A stretch of DNA of 64,000 nt from Eledone cirrhosa (taxonomy: Eukaryota), in contig OZ024742.1 of assembly GCA_964016885.1 (NCBI GenBank), forward strand, positions 320,540,001 through 320,604,000, read 5' to 3'. The translations under genes were made by a program, and so were the position numbers. Position 1 is the first letter of the stretch. Each line of letters opens with the position of its first letter. Below, in pieces: positions 56,330 to 64,000 of the stretch. The notes under the pieces were generated by a model. That model made no database searches. It was given only the letters and a program-made list of their open reading frames with translations, and was not told where the DNA came from.

Positions 56330-56518
56330 TGGCGGTGGATTGGGAGTATCGGTAGAGGGTCGGACGCCATGCTTTCCAGCATAGTTACGTCCCTTTATGA
56401 TCTTAGTTCAAATCCAGCCGAGGTTGACTTTGCCTTTCATCCTTACGGGGTCGATAAAATAAAGTACCAGTAATGCACTGGGTGATTGCTGGCCTTGTGC
56501 CTAAAGTAGAAACAATTA
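56330..56518 (+). mobile_element. Full-length family A tRNA-derived SINE
   Basis: GGCGGTGGATTGGGAGTATCGG head, GTTCAAATCC B box, central GCCTTTCATCCTTACGGGGTCGAT; flanked by ATTAATTAAGGTTAA on both sides (likely TSD). Confidence 0.88.
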
Positions 56519-56739
56519 ATTAAGGTTAATTTACATGACTAAAATAATCCTGTAAGTATTTTGTGAAAATATGTTTAAAAATACTCATATTTATTTTATT
56601 TTCACCTGCTGCGATTGAGCTAAATACTACTCTACCAATCATACTGTTTAATCCAAATTCTAGTAGAATCGGTAGAGTGACGGAGACAATTTTTTTGTGG
56701 TAGATAGTTAGGTAGACTTTACTTTACATTCTGGGTTTT

Positions 56740-57300
56740 TTCCTCTCCTGCACACTGCACCTCTCAGGCCCAGTTATTCTCTCAGGTCATTGATGTGTTG
56801 TTATTCATTGATATTATCACACATCAGTCGGAGCATGCTCGCTTCATTTCTTTCTAATCTTCGTAAGTCCTTCGTACACAAAGCCTAAATCTCACTACCA
56901 TGTAGCATTGTCGTTCGCATGCAAACATCACAAAATCTGTCTTTCACACAGAGCGAAAGACCCTTTGTGATTAGCAATGGTAGTAGTTCCCTGAACATTC
57001 TTCAACCGATTCTTACTATGGTTACTGTACTTTCAGAACACCCACCACCACTGCTAATTTGGCTCCCAGGTTAGCAGAAGCTGTCATTTACCACTGGGGA
57101 ACCATCTGAGCATTCGATAGGGTTTGTTTCCGCAGAGGTCTGGTGCATCGGTCACATACAAAGCTACATTCTTTGCTAGCCTATCTGATCCCACTACATC
57201 GGTAGTGTACCCATAGCTTACATTTTGTACATAAGATGGAATTTCTTCCTACTCCTTTCCTGCATTCCAAGCAAAGCCATTTCACTGAAGGAATCAGAGC
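56740..57300 (-). mobile_element. Degenerate RTE fragment of the 13417-14512 type
   Basis: - strand remnants [32 protein letters not shown]. Confidence 0.75.
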
Positions 57301-57489
57301 CGTTTTCTTTTATACTTTGGTCATTGCTTGATTGACACTGAGGCCTTTTGATTTCAAGTTTGGCTCCCACGCCTAGAATTTCTTCTCTAAATCTGTCGCA
57401 GTTTCAGGTATGGGGACTAGATCATAGCAGTTATATATATATAACTGATAATAAATATGTATATGTTCACACACGTACACATATATATG

Positions 57490-57564
<75 letters not shown>

Positions 57565-57566
<2 letters not shown>

Positions 57567-58160
57567 TGCTAGATTTGGGGAGGTCATATTGTTATATTGC
57601 CAGAAATAATAATAAAACACACTCAGTTTCGTTTGGATTGGTTTTCGTTTTTGTATATTTTATATCTCTATAGTTGATTTAGCTGGCAATCAATGTTTAT
57701 CATTAATTGACCAACAGTTAAAAATATAGATATAAATATGTATAGTCTATCAAAGTTCTGTCATCACACACCTGTGACATCATCAGTGGTACTCTTATGT
57801 TTCCCCCCGTTGTATTGTAATGTCTATTCTATTTCTCATTTATTTATTTATTTATTTAATCTAGTCTCTGCGCATGCGTTTGTAGTTGTTCGAGTCTGAG
57901 TTTGTGTGTGTTTGTATTCTATATTTGCTCACTAGTGTGTGTTTATGTGTGTTTGTTGTTATTGTACCTGTGTATATTTATTTATATTTATCTTAGGTCA
58001 CTATTGTGTGTTTGTGTATGGTTGTTGTTGCTGTTATTCCATTCATTTTTTTCTGTTTAACTTCGGTTTTCTTGCAAAACAAATTCATGTCACTCCTGCT
58101 TTTCAATATGATGTCACTGATACTGTCAATAGTAATGTATCTTTATGAATGTTCTAAACA
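57565..58160 (-). mobile_element. Second Penelope-like element 3' fragment
   Basis: Reverse complement is homologous to about 720-1390 (KPKLNRK..EWNNS coding end, CGCATGCG, GAAAACCAA..GAGTGTGTT..GACCTCCCCAAAT). Confidence 0.8.
57748..57791 (-). ncRNA. Hammerhead-like motif in the second Penelope copy (GAAA changed to GACA)
   Basis: TACCA CTGATGA T GTCACA-GGTG-TGTGAT GACA GAACTT TGATA. Confidence 0.58.
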
Positions 58161-58167
58161 TTGTGTA

Positions 58168-58214
58168 TGCTCCGATGATTCCAGACATTTGTCCAGAAGA
58201 AACAATTGTAACCA
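58168..58214 (+). ncRNA. Degenerate minimal hammerhead-like motif
   Basis: CCGATGA TTCCAGACA-TT-TGTCCAGAA GAAAC AATT GTA; palindromic stem III ACAATTGT. Confidence 0.45.
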
Positions 58215-58402
58215 ATTAAATGTATTAAACTAAAATTTGATTGTTTTTTATTTTGTATCTCGGCTCTGTAATACATCTGATAATTTACATTGAGCCTTTC
58301 CTCTTACTGGTAATTGGGTAGTGCTTAGTACTACCTTTTCATATTTATAATTGTATATAGCTCATATACAAGTATAAATATTATTATTATTACTATTATT
58401 AT

Positions 58403-58444
<42 letters not shown>

Positions 58445-58521
58445 ACATCACAGCACACGGATTGATAGTGTGAAACTCTCCTCTTCTATCCCTCTAACTG
58501 AGTGTATTTCGAAATTCACTA

Positions 58522-58613
<92 letters not shown>

Positions 58614-58780
58614 TGCGTGTCTGCGGTGCTAAGACAGAGGAAACCACTAATCATGTGAGTATTCAATACATGGGGAGATGTAGAGTGTGTATAGAGATAT
58701 GTAAAATCCTGACCGCGACGCCAAGCGCTTTCGGCTTGTATATATATTATATCTCTGTTTTGTCGTTTCCTTGAACTATA

Positions 58781-58816
<36 letters not shown>

Positions 58817-58909
58817 AGGAAAAGAAATCATATGTGCGTATTTTAGATAAGCTTCTGTTCAACCAAACATGTCTGTGTGTGTATGTATCTGTATATCTTT
58901 GTATGTATA

Positions 58910-59010
<101 letters not shown>

Positions 59011-59050
59011 CATTTATTTATTTATTTCCTTTACCGGTTTCACAATTATA

Positions 59051-59086
59051 CTTTTGAAAAGCATAAGAACTGTGAAACCGGTAAAG
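59051..59086 (+). ncRNA. Minimal hammerhead-like motif with U3-A8 core
   Basis: CTT TTGAAAA GCA-TAAGAAC-TGT GAAAC CG GTA AAG; palindromic ACCGGT. Confidence 0.5.
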
Positions 59087-59197
59087 GAAATAAATAAATA
59101 TTCTTAAAAAGACTCCAGTTACATTTTCGATTTCTTTTCCTTATACTTTCACATATGTCCTACACGGACATGTTTTTTTTTCATAAGAAAAACCTCA

Positions 59198-59257
<60 letters not shown>

Positions 59258-59368
59258 AAGTAGCCGCTGTATACATTGACTATAATAAAACATTCTCTTT
59301 TGTAGATGAAATGTCAGTTTATAATTAAATGTATATCATCTTTAATGTTTGTATCATTCCTACATGTA

Positions 59369-59400
<32 letters not shown>

Positions 59401-59612
59401 GTGTGTGTCTGTGTGTGTGTGTGTGGTATACATACAAACATATACAGATACATACACACACAGACATGCTTGGTTGAACAGAGGCTTATCTAAAATACAC
59501 ACATATGAAACAATGGTATGATATATATATATATATTACACACACACATAGATATATATATATATATATATATAAATAATCATGTATATATATATATGTA
59601 TATGTGTGAGTG

Positions 59613-59643
<31 letters not shown>

Positions 59644-60059
59644 ATGTGTGTGTAATTATATATGCATGCATTCATATTTTCACGCCCGTAATACAGCCAC
59701 ACTCACACTTTCATACCCCCCCCCCCCTCTCACACATAAAAACAGTCCCGGTGGATCCCGTGAGGATCGCGTTGTTTCCTGGTGTAATATATGTCGTCAG
59801 TACTGGATAACACCAACCTCCAACAGGGTTTTAACATTTGAAAGTTTGATAACCAACATGACTGTTGTTTATGGGGCGAAGGCAAAAATAACTTGGGAAC
59901 TTGCCAACTCTTTATGTTTTATATACTAGCAGCCATATTGTAGAGGTTGTAGAGTTTGTAGTGTTGTGGAGTTGTGGATTGTAGAGCTGTAGTGATGTTG
60001 AGGAAACTCTGTCTGTTTCTCTCTCTCTTTCTCCCCCCACCCCCATATATATATATCAT

Positions 60060-60183
60060 ATAGGAAAAGAGTCAGGACCCCGACGGCTGAGCTCTGACCG
60101 TTTCGACAGCTAGATCCGAACAGTTCAGATCTAGCTGTCGAAACGGCCAGAGCTCAGCCGTTGGGTCCTGACTCTTTTCCTAT
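60060..60183. repeat. Near-perfect palindrome with about 61-bp arms
   Basis: ATAGGAAAAGAGTCAGGACCC...GAAC A GTTC...GGGTCCTGACTCTTTTCCTAT. Confidence 0.95.
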
Positions 60184-60258
60184 TACCCACTCTACTACCC
60201 TAAGTATCATGTACTCTGGTGCGTTATGGTCCACTTGGTTTCTTACCACACTTTCTTG

Positions 60259-61840
<1,582 letters not shown>

Positions 61841-62103
61841 GTGAGAAAGATAGATAGATACGCGTGTGAGCATAAAACGATGGAATTGGAAAATACAGCG
61901 AATGTGATGATGACAAGACATTGATGATGATGATGATGATGATGATGACGACGGCGATAATGAACTCTTTGGTCCCAGCGCCTTCCACAACACAACTGTT
62001 ATATGTCTACTTCCGGTGTGTACAATATTCTCTATATTTCCCAGATGTCTCACATGGTGATTAATAAATAGCAGCCATGATGTTGCATAATTCACTTTAA
62101 AGC

Positions 62104-62148
<45 letters not shown>

Positions 62149-62339
62149 TGGTCGTCCCCCTCCTTCTCCGTCTTACACTTACTTTTATTCCTCCTCCTCT
62201 TCCACTGTCCCTATACTTGCCCGTCTGTCCTTTGTGTGTGTATGTGTGTGTGTGTATATATATATATATATACACATACATACACACGTGTAGATATATA
62301 CACACACACACGTACACACACACACACATGTATATATAT

Positions 62340-62371
<32 letters not shown>

Positions 62372-62382
62372 AATACACACGT

Positions 62383-62413
<31 letters not shown>

Positions 62414-62467
62414 CACACGTACACACACACACAAACACACATACACACACACACACACACACCACAC

Positions 62468-62504
<37 letters not shown>

Positions 62505-62563
62505 ATACACACACACACATGTATATAATATATATATTCATTTTATTAAGGCTAAACAGTGAG

Positions 62564-62613
62564 TCTTGTTACTCTGGAGTTTCACCGGATTCTCACAGGG
62601 TCATCAGACAAGA
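62564..62613 (-). ncRNA. Type I hammerhead-like motif with intact canonical core
   Basis: TCTTGT CTGATGA CCCTGTGAGAATCCGGT GAA ACTC-CA-GAGT A ACAAGA; 6-bp stem I, 4-bp stem III, GUA site, weak stem II. Confidence 0.65.
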
Positions 62614-62829
62614 ATATATATAGAAAGAAAGTATAGCAACAATTGTGGTGCCCCAGTATGACCTCAGTTGGAGGGCTGGAACAAGTAATATGTATATATG
62701 TATATATGTAATATATGTATATGTATTCTAGCCATCTGGCTGAGGCTATACTGGTGCAGCATTATAGTTGCTACACTTTTTATAGTCTTCGTTCTTTAGC
62801 CATTGATATACGAGGAAGTTTGACATCGC

Positions 62830-62970
62830 TGCCCTTATTTATGTTCCTTGTCGAGTTGTAGATTAGTTCGTCTGTGATCTTAGAAAGAAGATACTTCTTG
62901 GAACATCTACATCCACCCCATGTAGATCTATTAAGTTTTCTGGTGGCATATTAAAGAACTAGGGACCCTT
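62830..62970 (-). mobile_element. Degenerate LINE (CR1/L2-like) 3' remnant
   Basis: - strand FFNMPPENLIDLHGVDVDV..FLSKITDE. Confidence 0.5.
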
Positions 62971-63329
62971 ATTCATGTTTGTATTGTCCGGTGTTCAGTG
63001 CCACATCCTGGATTTGTATATATTATAATAGTTGAAAGAGAGAGAGAGGGGGTGGGTAAAGTTCCATATCCCCTTTTTTCAACTACAAATCCGGAAAATG
63101 GCTCTGAACACCGACAACACAGACACGAATATGAATAAAGAAATACTAAAAGAACTGCAAGATATTAATGGAAATCTTACAATCCTAACAGAAAAAACTC
63201 GATAAACTACATAACCCATAGATGCAGCAACGAAGACAAGAGAAGAACAACCCATAATGAGTTCAGTCTCAATATACTGCAGTCCTCCGGAGCCGCGGGG
63301 CGGCCAGCGTGTGGGCCCCCATTTGCTTA

Positions 63330-63445
63330 TAATAATTGTTTCTACTTTTGACACAAAGCCAGCAATTACCCCAGTGTGCATTACTGGTTACTTTATTTTA
63401 TCGACCACCTCGGCGGGATTTGTTCTCAGAATGGCAAGGGCCGGA
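63330..63445 (-). mobile_element. Family A SINE fragment
   Basis: ATTGTTTCTACTTTTGACACAAAGCCAGCAATTACCCCAGTG..TTATCGAC. Confidence 0.7.
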
Positions 63446-64000
63446 AACTCTAGAGTTGGGAGAGCGGGAGAGACGAAAGCGGTAACAGTGGGCGTTTGGT
63501 TCCTTTGTGTCCGGACCTGGTGTATATGTATATACATACATATATTTAAAAACATACATGCTACACATATATACACATACATACACATACATACACACAA
63601 ACACACAGACAATAGTGACGTTCGCACCAACGGTATCTTTTGAATTATCTAGAAAACAAATTATTTTGTGCCGTAATCGTCTTAACCTTAGTTTTAGCGA
63701 TAATCTTTACGTTAGTCTTAGTCTTAATCATAATCTTAGTCTTTGTCATATCTTTAGTCTAGTGCTAGTCGTACCTTTTGTCATAGTCGAACTCTTATTT
63801 GTTGTATTGGTCTTATCCCCAGTATTAGTGTTATCATAGCAATAGTGTTAGTCTTTGTCTTATCCTTACTCTTATCATCGTATTTATCTTCGTCATAGTT
63901 TTAGTCGTAGTCATCTGTTATACAAAAATAACGGTTTTTGTTGTTGTTTTCTTTGTGTCTTTTATAGTGTTGTTTACTTTTCACTATTGTTCATTGTTAG

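Noticed and set aside
58700-58740. - strand GCCGAAAGCGCTTGG, like a hammerhead 3' half
   Set aside because: No CTGANGA or TTGANAA core upstream.
59765-59805. - strand CTGACGA...GAAAC
   Set aside because: The intervening sequence does not form stem II and there is no NUH or stem I.

Overview
AT-rich, repeat-dense eukaryotic (metazoan) genomic DNA. The repeat content (RTE and CR1 LINEs, tRNA-derived SINEs, Penelope-like elements, very long TA microsatellites) suggests an octopod cephalopod; this is inference, not a search result. The only host gene I can support is a + strand ABCD3/PMP70-type peroxisomal ABC half-transporter. I traced 20 GT-AG coding exons from 6865 to the TGA at 43160-43162 (1536 nt, 511 aa, phases consistent); about 140 N-terminal residues lie upstream or were not found. 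Almost all long ORFs in the ORF track are microsatellite artefacts or LINE fragments. The most notable hidden signal is a set of about 8 minimal type I hammerhead-ribozyme-like motifs. Two sit in the 3' regions of Penelope-like elements and show stem II covariation. Two have the rarer U3-A8 core (UUGAAAA); one of these caps a 42-bp hairpin on the sense strand of the last ABCD3 intron. Several fold-back inversions appear anchored on hammerhead halves. There is a 200-N gap at 60948-61147.
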